Source of the DNA: Thermodesulfobacteriota bacterium
GTDB lineage: Bacteria; Desulfobacterota; Anaeroferrophillalia; Anaeroferrophillales; Tharpellaceae
DNA length: 64,000 nucleotides
Direction of reading: 5' to 3'
Assembly (NCBI GenBank): GCA_024763535.1
Contig: JANTFH010000005.1
Span: 4,612-68,611, forward strand
Shown here: one piece after another, positions 9,599-18,724 of the stretch
How the letters are laid out: each line of letters opens with the position of its first letter
Position numbering within the stretch: position 1 is the stretch's first letter
The notes under the pieces: model-generated
What the model was told of the DNA's origin: nothing
Databases searched by the model: none
What the model saw: the letters and a program-made list of their open reading frames with translations, nothing else
Position numbers and translations under genes: made by a program

Positions 9599-10096
9599 AT
9601 GGAAAATGCGAAAGTAGTAGAGCAGATTAAAGGTAAATTTGCTGATGCGATCATCGAGGATATCGAGTTTCGCGGCGATTTGACCATCGTGGTCAGTCTT
9701 GAGAAGCTGCATGAGATTATGCTCTATATCCATGATGATGAGTCTTTGCATTACGACCTGTTGTCGGATGTGATCGGGATTGACAGACTGCCCCGTGAGC
9801 CCCGCTTTGAGATTGTCTATGTTCTCCACTCAATGGATGACTTCAGGCGCCTGATGGTCAAGGTTATGGTTGATGTCGATATCGCTGTTCCGACCGTAAC
9901 CGACATCTGGAAATCGGCAGACTGGCCGGAGCGTGAGGTCTATGACCTTCTGGGCGTGAGTTTCAGTGATCACCCGGATCTACGCCGGATCCTGATGTGG
10001 GATGATTTTGATGGCCACCCTTTGCGCAAGGACTTTCCTCTGAAAGGTAAGGACTTCGATAAAAAATGGGACCCATCAACCATTAAGGTTATGTAA
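9599..10096 (+). CDS. nuoC: NADH-quinone oxidoreductase subunit C
   Basis: Contains the NuoC 30-kDa family motifs (DLTIVV...LLSDVIGID...EREVYDLLGV). Confidence 0.9.
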   Translation: MENAKVVEQIKGKFADAIIEDIEFRGDLTIVVSLEKLHEIMLYIHDDESLHYDLLSDVIGIDRLPREPRFEIVYVLHSMDDFRRLMVKVMVDVDIAVPTVTDIWKSADWPEREVYDLLGVSFSDHPDLRRILMWDDFDGHPLRKDFPLKGKDFDKKWDPSTIKVM

Positions 10097-10232
10097 GTTT
10101 AAGGTTTGTGAATTAGAATCTGGTGCCTGCGGATTCCCTTTGATTATGAAAACCGGGGAATATCTTGATGACGGCACTTACTTGCGGGCAACACCCGCGT
10201 TAGTGATAACTATATCATAGAGGTTGGTAGCG

Positions 10233-11405
10233 ATGGCAGAAGGTAAAATATTGACCATCAACATGGGTCCGCATCATCCGGCGACTCACGGGGTCTTGCG
10301 CCTGGTTCTGGAGCTTGATGGCGAGACGATCGTCAAGGTCACGCCCCATATCGGGCATTTGCACCGGGGGATAGAGAAGCTTGCGGAAAACATGAATTAC
10401 CAGCAGGTTATTCCGCTTACTGACCGTTTTGACTACACTGCGGCATCACTCAACAATCTTGGTTACTGTACTGCGGTAGAGAAACTTCTGGGAATTGAAG
10501 TTCCGAAACGGGCTCAGTATATTCGCGTCATCATGTCCGAGCTGGCTCGGATCATGGGTCATCATCTCTGGATCGGCAGCCATGCTCTCGACATCGGGGC
10601 GATGACCGTAGTTTTCTACGCCTTCCGTGATCGTGAAATGATCATGAATATGGTTGAAGAGGTTTCCGGTTATCGTTTAACCCCTTCTTATATGCGGGTC
10701 GGTGGCTTGGCCCGGGATATCACCCCGGAATTCATTCGCTGTCTGCGCGAATTTATCAAATGGTTCCCGACCGCCGTGGCCGGCTACAATACATTGCTGA
10801 CCGATAATATCATCTGGCGCAAAAGAACCCAGGATATTGGGGTTATTTCAGCTGAAGATGCCATTAACTATGGTTTGACCGGGCCTTCGTTGCGGGGCTC
10901 CGGAGTCGCTTATGATCTACGTAAGGTGAAACCTTACAGCAGTTATGATGACTTCGATTTTCAGGTTCCGGTTGGTGACAAGGGTGATGTTTACGACCGT
11001 TATCTGGTGCGCATGGAAGAGTTTATTCAGTCGCTTAATATTATTGAACAGGCGCTTGAAAACTTGCCGGAAGGGCCGGTAAACGTTGATAACCCGCTGA
11101 TCTTCAACCCTCAGATTGAGGATGTGCAGGAAGATATCAGTGCCCTGATCCGTCGTTTTAAGATTCAGTGCCAGGGGCCTGAGATTCCTGAAGGTGAAAT
11201 CTATCATGCGGTTGAAGGGTCCAAGGGTGAACTCGGATTCTATCTGGTTGGTGACGGTACTGAACATCCCTACCGGATGAAGGTTCGCTCCCCCTGTTTT
11301 ATCCTGGTCAGCGCCTTGGAAAAATTGATGCTTGGTCACATGATCGCCGACGCGATTGCGATTATCGGCAGCATCGATATCGTTTTGGGTGAGATTGACC
11401 GCTAG
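10233..11405 (+). CDS. nuoD: NADH-quinone oxidoreductase subunit D
   Basis: NuoD/49-kDa family sequence (ILTINMGPHHPATHGVLRLVLELDGE...IGHLHRG...RVRSPCF). Start taken at ATG 10233, which has a GAGG ribosome-binding site. Confidence 0.95.
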   Translation: MAEGKILTINMGPHHPATHGVLRLVLELDGETIVKVTPHIGHLHRGIEKLAENMNYQQVIPLTDRFDYTAASLNNLGYCTAVEKLLGIEVPKRAQYIRVIMSELARIMGHHLWIGSHALDIGAMTVVFYAFRDREMIMNMVEEVSGYRLTPSYMRVGGLARDITPEFIRCLREFIKWFPTAVAGYNTLLTDNIIWRKRTQDIGVISAEDAINYGLTGPSLRGSGVAYDLRKVKPYSSYDDFDFQVPVGDKGDVYDRYLVRMEEFIQSLNIIEQALENLPEGPVNVDNPLIFNPQIEDVQEDISALIRRFKIQCQGPEIPEGEIYHAVEGSKGELGFYLVGDGTEHPYRMKVRSPCFILVSALEKLMLGHMIADAIAIIGSIDIVLGEIDR

Positions 11406-11493
11406 TTAGGGAAAGTGTAAATTTTTTAAGTTAGTTCGTAAGTTAGTTTGAGTTGCGGAGTCTGTTTTCGCATTAGTGAATGGGAGTCGGTTG

Positions 11494-13446
11494 ATGGCTG
11501 AGATTTTATTTAGTTCCTGGGGTGGCGAGGTAGTTGATAACCGCCAAAAAGATGGCCAGGACTTTGAGCCGGTTAATACAGTTGATTTACCGGAATATTT
11601 CAGACAGGATGAAGCGGTTAAGGCTCTTATGGGCTGGTACGGCATCGTTATTCGTGACCCGGAAACCGATATCGTCGATTTGAGTCGGGTCTATATCCAG
11701 GAAGTTCAGAATAAATCCTGTGGTAAATGTTTTCTCTGTCGGATCGGCACCCGGGTTATGGCTGAGACTCTGACACGAATCTGTAATGGACAGGGCAAAT
11801 CTGAAGATCTTGAAATCTTAAAACGCCTGGCTGATTCAATTCGTGAATCCTCGAAATGTAATATCGGCCAATCCGGGCCCTTGCCGATTCTCGACGCTTT
11901 AGAGCATTTCGCCGCTGATTTCGAAGCTGCAATCAGCGCACAAAAGAGTGTTGCTGCCGGTACCTACCACTCAAAACTGACCGCACCCTGTATGGATGCC
12001 TGCCCGATCCATTTAGATATTCCCAATTATGTAGAGTGTATAAAAGAGGGACGTTTTGCCGAATCGCTTGATATTATTCGGGAAAAACTGCCGTTGCCGG
12101 GAGTTGTCGGCCGCGTCTGTGTGCGCCCCTGCGAAGAGCACTGCCGGCGTATGAATCTTGATGCTCCGATTTCGATCAAATTTCTCAAGCGTTTTGTTGC
12201 CGATTATGAACTGAGCAAAGGCAAAGAGCCTGAATTTGCAATTGAACCTTCAGAAAAAACCGGGAAGGTTGCGATTGTCGGCGCCGGCCCCAGCGGTGCA
12301 ACCTGTGCTTTCCATCTTGCAAAGATGGGCCATGATGTTACCGTTTATGAGCGTTTCGATGAACCCGGCGGCATGTCGGCCATGGGGATTCCTGATTATC
12401 GCCTGCCGCGCCCTATTCTTAGAGAAGAGGTTGACCGCATTGAGCGTATGGGGGCGACCTTTAATTACGAAACCACGGTCGGTAAAGATATTAAACTCTC
12501 CCAGCTTGAAGCCGATAACGATGCCGTGTTTATCGCTATCGGGGCCCAGATGGGTACGACGATGGGGGTTGAAGGTGAAGAAGAGAACTATGCCGGTTAT
12601 ATCTCCGGGGTGCAGTACCTGTTGGATATCAACCAGGGTCGGGATCCTTATCCTGAAGGTAAAAAAGTAGCAGTCATCGGCGGCGGCAACGTGGCGATCG
12701 ACTGTGTGCGCTGCTCCTTCCGGGTGGGCAAGGACGATGTCAATCTTATCTATCGCCGGACCAAAAATGAAATGCCGGCTGATGATGTTGAAATCCATGA
12801 CGCGGAAGAGGAAAAAGTCAATTTTCACTATCTTACGCATCCGGTTAAAATTCTGGCGGAAAACGGTAAAGTTGTTGGTCTGCGCTGTGTTAAAATGGAG
12901 TTAGGCGAGCCCGACGAGAGTGGTCGCCGGCGGCCGCAGCCGATTGAAGGTTCGGAATTTGTTATAGAGTGCGACATTGTGGTCCCGGCGATTGGCCAGA
13001 CGATGGATTTGTCTCTGCTTGAAGGACGTGAAGACGTTAAAACCACCCGCTGGAAAACGATTGTCGTTGACGAAGTAACTAAACAGAGCGACCAGCCGAA
13101 AATCTTCTCCGGCGGTGACTGTGAAACCGGTCCCGGGGCTTTGATTACTGCTTGTGCCGGAGGGCGGACGGCCGCTTTTAATATCGATAAGCTGATCAAT
13201 GGTGAACCGCTGGATTATACCGAAGATGACTATTTTGATAAATTTTTCAGTAAGGTTAAGGTCTTTGACCCGGCTGAAGATATTGGATTCTTAGGCGGTC
13301 GCGAGCGGAAAGAGCTGGAGATGCTTGATCCCGACACCCGCAAATTCACCAACGCTGAAGTGGAACAGGGCTTTTCGATTAACGATGCCATGGCTGAGGC
13401 CGATCGCTGTCTGCGCTGTTATCGGGTGGCAACTGTAAGAGTATAA
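11494..13446 (+). CDS. Fusion iron-sulfur flavoprotein: NuoF C-terminal 4Fe-4S domain joined to a GltD/NfnB-like 2x[4Fe-4S] FAD/NAD(P)H oxidoreductase. It lacks the NuoF FMN/NADH-binding domain.
   Basis: N-terminus SCGKCFLCRIGT...SKCNIGQSGP matches the NuoF 51-kDa C-terminal cluster. It continues with CMDACP...GRVCVRPCEEHC, VAIVGAGPSGATCAF (FAD-binding) and KKVAVIGGGNVAIDC (NAD(P)H-binding), as in the glutamate synthase beta chain family. Confidence 0.8.
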   Translation: MAEILFSSWGGEVVDNRQKDGQDFEPVNTVDLPEYFRQDEAVKALMGWYGIVIRDPETDIVDLSRVYIQEVQNKSCGKCFLCRIGTRVMAETLTRICNGQGKSEDLEILKRLADSIRESSKCNIGQSGPLPILDALEHFAADFEAAISAQKSVAAGTYHSKLTAPCMDACPIHLDIPNYVECIKEGRFAESLDIIREKLPLPGVVGRVCVRPCEEHCRRMNLDAPISIKFLKRFVADYELSKGKEPEFAIEPSEKTGKVAIVGAGPSGATCAFHLAKMGHDVTVYERFDEPGGMSAMGIPDYRLPRPILREEVDRIERMGATFNYETTVGKDIKLSQLEADNDAVFIAIGAQMGTTMGVEGEEENYAGYISGVQYLLDINQGRDPYPEGKKVAVIGGGNVAIDCVRCSFRVGKDDVNLIYRRTKNEMPADDVEIHDAEEEKVNFHYLTHPVKILAENGKVVGLRCVKMELGEPDESGRRRPQPIEGSEFVIECDIVVPAIGQTMDLSLLEGREDVKTTRWKTIVVDEVTKQSDQPKIFSGGDCETGPGALITACAGGRTAAFNIDKLINGEPLDYTEDDYFDKFFSKVKVFDPAEDIGFLGGRERKELEMLDPDTRKFTNAEVEQGFSINDAMAEADRCLRCYRVATVRV

Positions 13447-13532
13447 TGCGGTCCTAAATCCGTGTTGAAGTATAGTTTTGCAAATAGAGTTTTGATTTTT
13501 TTAAGTAAAATTTTTACGCAGGGAAAATTAGC

Positions 13533-16208
13533 ATGGTCACGTTGACGATTGACGGCAAAGAAGTCACCGTCCCCCAGGGAACGACCATCCTTGAGGCGGC
13601 CCGGAGTGTCGATATCAGAATTCCGACACTCTGTTACCACGATCGTTTGAACCCTATCGGTTCATGTCGGATGTGTGTAGTTGAGATCGAAGGTTATACG
13701 CACCCGATGGCAGCCTGTACAACTCCGGTTGATGATGGGATTGAGGTTGTAACTAAATCTGATCGTCTGACTAGGATTCGTCAGGATTCGTTGAAACTGA
13801 TTCTGGTTAATCATCCGCTTGACTGTCCGGTTTGTGATAAGGGCGGCGAGTGCCTGTTGCAGGATTTGACCTACGAATTCGGGATTGATCAGGTTGAGTA
13901 TAAAGCGGCAAAAGTCGAGCGTGAATCACAGTATGCGACTCCGCTGATTCGTTACTGGCCCGACCGCTGTATCATGTGCCTGCGCTGCGTTACCGCCTGT
14001 CAGGAGATTAAGGGAATCGGCGCCATCAGTATTCAGGGAGACGGTTACGGAGCCCAGGTAGTGGCCGTAGATGCCGAGAAGTGTCAATCCTGCGGTGAGT
14101 GTCTGCAGGTCTGTCCGACCGGGGCCCTGACTGAGGATTTGAGCCGTTATAAAGGTCGCACCTGGCTGGTTGACAGAGTGCCGACCACCTGTACCTACTG
14201 CGGTTGCGGTTGTCAGCTTGAACTTAATGTTCAAAATGACCGGGTTATCGCCGTAACCACCCGGGAGGGGGTTGGCGTTAATCATGGCAGTCTCTGTGTC
14301 AAGGGCCGTTTCGGTTACGAATTTATCAACAGTGATGAACGGTTGACCAAACCGCTGATCAAGAAAAACGGCAAATTTGAAGAGGCGAGCTGGGATGAAG
14401 CTCTGGACCTGGTAGCCAGTAAGTTCTCTGCGATCAAAGAGGAACACGGCCCCGGTGCCCTGGCCGGCTTGACCTCGGCCCGTTGTACCAATGAAGAGAA
14501 CTACCTTTTCCAAAAATTTATGCGCGCGGCGGTCGGGACCAATAATGTCGATCACTGCGCCAGGCTCTGACACTCCTCAACTGTGGCCGGACTGGCCGCA
14601 ACGTTTGGCAGTGGAGCAATGACCAACCCGATTGCCGATGTCCTGAAATCAGAGACCGTATTGGTAACCGGAACTAATACCACGGAAAATCATCCGATTT
14701 TCGCCAATTACCTGAAAGAGGCCGTGCTTAAACACGGCACCAAGATTCTGGTGATCGATCCGCGGCGCATCGATCTGGTCGATTACGCCGAGCTCTACCT
14801 CCAGCCGAAACCGGGTACCGATATTGCCTGGATTAACGGTTTGATGCATATTATCATCAAGGAGGGCTGGGCGGCCCAGGATTATATCGACGAACGTTGT
14901 GAAGGTTTCGATGAATTTAAAAGCAATCTCGAAAAATTCACACCTGAATATGTTTCTGGAATTACCGGTCTGACCGAAGATGAGCTCTATGCCGCGGCCA
15001 AACTCTATGGCCAGGCGGCTCCGGCCTCAATCCTTTACGCCATGGGTATCACCCAGCATACCAGCGGTACCGATAATGTTAAATCATTAGGTAACCTGGC
15101 GATGCTTTGTGGTAACATGGGAGTTGCCGGCGGCGGCGTCAATCCGCTGCGGGGCCAGAACAATGTGCAGGGTGCCTGCGATATGGGTGGTCTGCCGAAT
15201 GTCTACACCGGTTATCAGAAGGTCGATGTTGATGAAGTGCGGGAGAAATTCGCCAAGGCCTGGGGGCTTGCGGCGGAGGCTATGGATTCAGCACCCGGTC
15301 TGAAACTGACCGAAATGTTTCCGGCAGCGGCCGAGGGTAAAGTCAAGGCTCTCTATATTATGGGTGAGAACCCGCTGGTCAGTGATCCCGATTTAACTCA
15401 TATTGAACACTGTATCGAAGCCCTTGATTTCTTCGTTGTGCAGGATATCTTTCTAACCGAAACGGCTAAGAAAGCCGATGTCGTGCTGCCCGGAGTCTCC
15501 TTTGCTGAAAAAGATGGAACCTTCGTCAATTCCGAGCGGGTTGTACAGCGGGTTCGTAAAGCATTAACGATTCCCGGCGAAGCTCGTGAAGACAGTGCTA
15601 TTATTGCCGATATCTCAACCCGTATGGGATATGAGATGAAATATGAAAGTGCCGCCGATATCATGAAAGAGATCAACGCTGTGACCCCGAGTTACGGCGG
15701 CATCACTTATGAACGTTTGGAAAACGGCGGCCTGGCCTGGCCCTGCCCCGACAGTGAACATCCCGGGACACCAATTCTGCATGTTGATAAATTTGCCCGC
15801 GGTAAAGGTCTCTTTTTCGCGATAGATCATCAGCCGCCGGCTGAACTCTGCGATAATGAGTATCCGTTTGTACTGTCGACCGGCCGTGTTCTCTCTCATT
15901 TCCATACCGGAACCATGACCCGCAAGGGTTCCGGCCTGAATAAGGTTCATCCTGAAGTCAAGGCTGAGATCAACCCTGAAGATGCCGCGCGTCTGGGGAT
16001 TGAAGCGGATGATCGTCTTAAGATTACCTCCCGCCGGGGTTCGATCGAGGTTAAAGCCATGCTCAGTGACCGTCCGGCAGCCGGGGTGGTATTTGTACCC
16101 TTTCACTTTCATGAAGTTGCAGTTAACCGTCTGACCAACGCGGCTCTCGATCCGGTTGCCAAAATTCCGGAATATAAGGTCTGCGCGATTAAGGTTGAAA
16201 AGGCTTAG
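13533..16208 (+). CDS. fdhA: NuoG/FdhA-like molybdopterin oxidoreductase catalytic subunit (formate dehydrogenase alpha-like) with selenocysteine encoded by in-frame TGA at 14568-14570
   Basis: ORFs 13533..14570 and 14583..16208 are in the same frame. The translation reads 2Fe-2S (CYHD...CRMC), HxxxCxxC, CIMCLRCVTAC, CQSCGECLQVCP, CTYCGCGCQ, then [29 protein letters not shown], the textbook Sec/Cys active-site motif of FdhA/FdhF. Confidence 0.85.
14582..14600 (+). ncRNA. SECIS-like hairpin 11 nt downstream of the fdhA UGA
   Basis: 7-bp stem tgtggcc/ggccgca with loop ggacu at +21..+25. Confidence 0.55.
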
Positions 16209-16265
16209 CCGGCAAAACGAGTCTAAATTATCGAAGTACTTTTACAGTTTGAAGAGGTATAACGG

Positions 16266-17252
16266 ATGCTGGAATTTATGACCATATTGATAATCAAAAC
16301 GTTGGTGGCATTCACCGTCAGCCTGCTGATTGTGGCCTATTCGACCTGGATCGAGCGTAAAGTTTTGGGTCATGTGCAGCTGCGACACGGGCCGCGTCGA
16401 GTCGGTTTCCATGGTCTTCTGCAGCCTATAGCCGATGGTATCAAAGGTTTTTTCAAAGAGGAGCTGATTCCTGATAACGCCGATAAACCGCTCTTTCTGC
16501 TGGCACCGATTATCAGTATCGGAGCGGCGGTTACATTAATTGTAATTGTTCCTTTCGGGGATAAGATTACCATTATGGGGCACGAAATAACCCTTTATCT
16601 GACTGATCTTGATGTCGGTATTCTCTTCGTTCTCGGAATTTCGACCATCGGCTCCTACGGTGGTATCCTCGGGGGCTGGTCCTCCGGTAATAAATACGGG
16701 GTCATCGGCGGTCTGCGTGGATCGGCCCAGATGATCAGTTATGAACTCTCCCTGGCATTGGCGGTAATTGCTGTAGTTATGGTCAGCGGTTCGTTGAGCC
16801 TGATCGATATCGTTAACTCTCAAACCGGACTCTGGAACATCGTCAAACAGCCGTTTGCCTTTGTCCTTTTTATTATCTGCGGCCTGGCCGAACTCAACCG
16901 GACGCCGTTTGATATGCCCGAAGCCGAGGCCGAACTGGCCTGTGGTTTCAATGTTGAGTACAGTTCCATGAAGTTCGCCCTTTTCTTTATGGCGGAATAC
17001 TGTCATATGTTTGTCTTTGCCGCGCTGGTGACGACCCTCTTCCTGGGTGGTTGGCATGGTCCCTTTATCGACGGGCCGCACTGGTTTTTCCTCAAGTGTT
17101 TTGTGATTATCTTTTTCTGCGTCTGGGAACGTTCGACCTTTCCGCGTTTGCGTTATGACCAGGTTATGAGCTTCGGCTGGAAAATTTTGCTGCCCTTCGG
17201 TCTTCTGAATATTCTTCTGACCGGGCTCTGGATGCTGATTTTCAACATGTAG
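16266..17252 (+). CDS. nuoH: NADH-quinone oxidoreductase subunit H
   Basis: Polytopic membrane protein, 328 aa, with a NuoH/ND1-like sequence (WIERKVLGHVQLRHGP...). Confidence 0.95.
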   Translation: MLEFMTILIIKTLVAFTVSLLIVAYSTWIERKVLGHVQLRHGPRRVGFHGLLQPIADGIKGFFKEELIPDNADKPLFLLAPIISIGAAVTLIVIVPFGDKITIMGHEITLYLTDLDVGILFVLGISTIGSYGGILGGWSSGNKYGVIGGLRGSAQMISYELSLALAVIAVVMVSGSLSLIDIVNSQTGLWNIVKQPFAFVLFIICGLAELNRTPFDMPEAEAELACGFNVEYSSMKFALFFMAEYCHMFVFAALVTTLFLGGWHGPFIDGPHWFFLKCFVIIFFCVWERSTFPRLRYDQVMSFGWKILLPFGLLNILLTGLWMLIFNM

Positions 17253-17306
17253 GATTAACCCAAACTGAGATAGTATTAGATTTAAGAATATAAATTTGAG
17301 GATAAT

Positions 17307-17783
17307 ATGGCTGACAAGGATTACATACTCAATATCAGTGACCGGCGCCCGACGGGTAAATATATCACGCCGATTCTGAAAGGCCTGGGTTACACGCTGA
17401 AGAATTTCTTCAGTAAGCCGATTACGATAAAATATCCGACCGAGCGCCGTGAAGTCAGCGACCGCTGGCGGGGCCTGCATCGTTTGAAAGTGGATGATCG
17501 GGGGGCTTTGAAATGTGTCGCCTGCGGCCTTTGCGCAAAGATCTGTCCGCCTAAGGCGATCACCATTGTGCCCTACGAAGAGGCCGGCGAAACCCGTTAT
17601 CCGAAAGAGTTTGTGATTGACGAGCTGCGTTGTATCTTCTGCGGCTTCTGTCAGGAAGCCTGTCCTAAAGATGCGATTGAGCTGACGAAAGTTTACGATT
17701 TTGTGGATTATAAACGCGAAGACTTTATCTTCGATATCGAAAAACTGAAAACCCCGGAAAAATATATCTTCAACGGCAAATAG
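17307..17783 (+). CDS. nuoI: NADH-quinone oxidoreductase subunit I (2x[4Fe-4S])
   Basis: Two ferredoxin-type motifs, CVACGLCAKICP and CIFCGFCQEACP. Confidence 0.95.
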   Translation: MADKDYILNISDRRPTGKYITPILKGLGYTLKNFFSKPITIKYPTERREVSDRWRGLHRLKVDDRGALKCVACGLCAKICPPKAITIVPYEEAGETRYPKEFVIDELRCIFCGFCQEACPKDAIELTKVYDFVDYKREDFIFDIEKLKTPEKYIFNGK

Positions 17784-17796
17784 TGGGAGTAGATTG

Positions 17797-18306
17797 ATGG
17801 AACTGGTATTTTTGTTGATATGCGGTGGAGTTGCGGTAATCGCCTCGCTGCTGGTTATCTTTGCTCGCTCCACCCTGCACAGTGCCCTGTGGATGGTTCT
17901 CTCCTTTTTTATGGTAGCGATAATCTACGTTCTGCTGCACGCTCAGTTTCTGGCTATGCTTCAGGTTATTGTCTACGCCGGAGCGATTATGATGTTTATT
18001 GTCTACGCCATCATGATGCTGAATCTGCGTCAGGAAGCCAAATCCAAGGTCGCAACCCGAATCTCCAAGGTAGTTGGAGTCGGGGCTCTGATTGTGCTTT
18101 TTCTCGAACTTACTCTGATCGGCGTAAGTCACAATATGGCCACAATACAGGGTCCGGTAACGGATAAGCTTGTGGCCACCTACGGCCGGGTAGCGGTAAT
18201 CTCAAATTTTCTTTTTTCCGACTATCTGCTGCCGTTCGAGGTCGCATCCATTCTCCTGACTGCGGGTGTTGTCGGGGCCGTAGTTCTGGCTAAACGTGAA
18301 AAATAG
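17797..18306 (+). CDS. nuoJ: NADH-quinone oxidoreductase subunit J
   Basis: Hydrophobic NuoJ-like protein in nuo gene order. GGGAG ribosome-binding site before ATG 17797. Confidence 0.9.
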   Translation: MELVFLLICGGVAVIASLLVIFARSTLHSALWMVLSFFMVAIIYVLLHAQFLAMLQVIVYAGAIMMFIVYAIMMLNLRQEAKSKVATRISKVVGVGALIVLFLELTLIGVSHNMATIQGPVTDKLVATYGRVAVISNFLFSDYLLPFEVASILLTAGVVGAVVLAKREK

Positions 18307-18317
18307 AGGGAAAGGTA

Positions 18318-18623
18318 ATGGTTGATAATCAAAGTATATATCTGACGTTTGCGGTTATTCTGTTTGTCATCGGCGCGGCCGGTGCCATCTGCCGCCGTAA
18401 TGCGATTGTTGTCTTTATGTGTATTGAAATTATGCTGGCCGGAGTCAGTATTGCATTTGTAACCTTCAGTCGTGCCAATCACTCTCTGGACGGTATCTTT
18501 ATGGTTCTGTTTGTTATGGCGGTTGCTGCCGCAGAAGCAGCGGTCGGTCTGGCGATTTTTCTTTTGATGTATCGCAAACAGGGCTCGATCGATCTGGATA
18601 AGTTTAATCTGTTGAAGTGGTAG
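18318..18623 (+). CDS. nuoK: NADH-quinone oxidoreductase subunit K
   Basis: 101 aa with 3 transmembrane segments, NuoK/ND4L-like. Confidence 0.9.
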   Translation: MVDNQSIYLTFAVILFVIGAAGAICRRNAIVVFMCIEIMLAGVSIAFVTFSRANHSLDGIFMVLFVMAVAAAEAAVGLAIFLLMYRKQGSIDLDKFNLLKW

Positions 18624-18724
18624 ATCTGTTTAGCTGAAGCTCGATCTTATTGTGTAAATTTAGAATCTCGTAAACTGAGTGTTTTGAGATAACGTTTTAA
18701 GATATTTTTTAAGGAGATAGAGGT

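Noticed and set aside
13926-14573. 215-aa minus-strand ORF
   Set aside because: It is antisense to the fdhA-like gene and is a shadow ORF.
16536-17873. 445-aa minus-strand ORF
   Set aside because: It is antisense to nuoH/nuoI, which have unambiguous sequence motifs.
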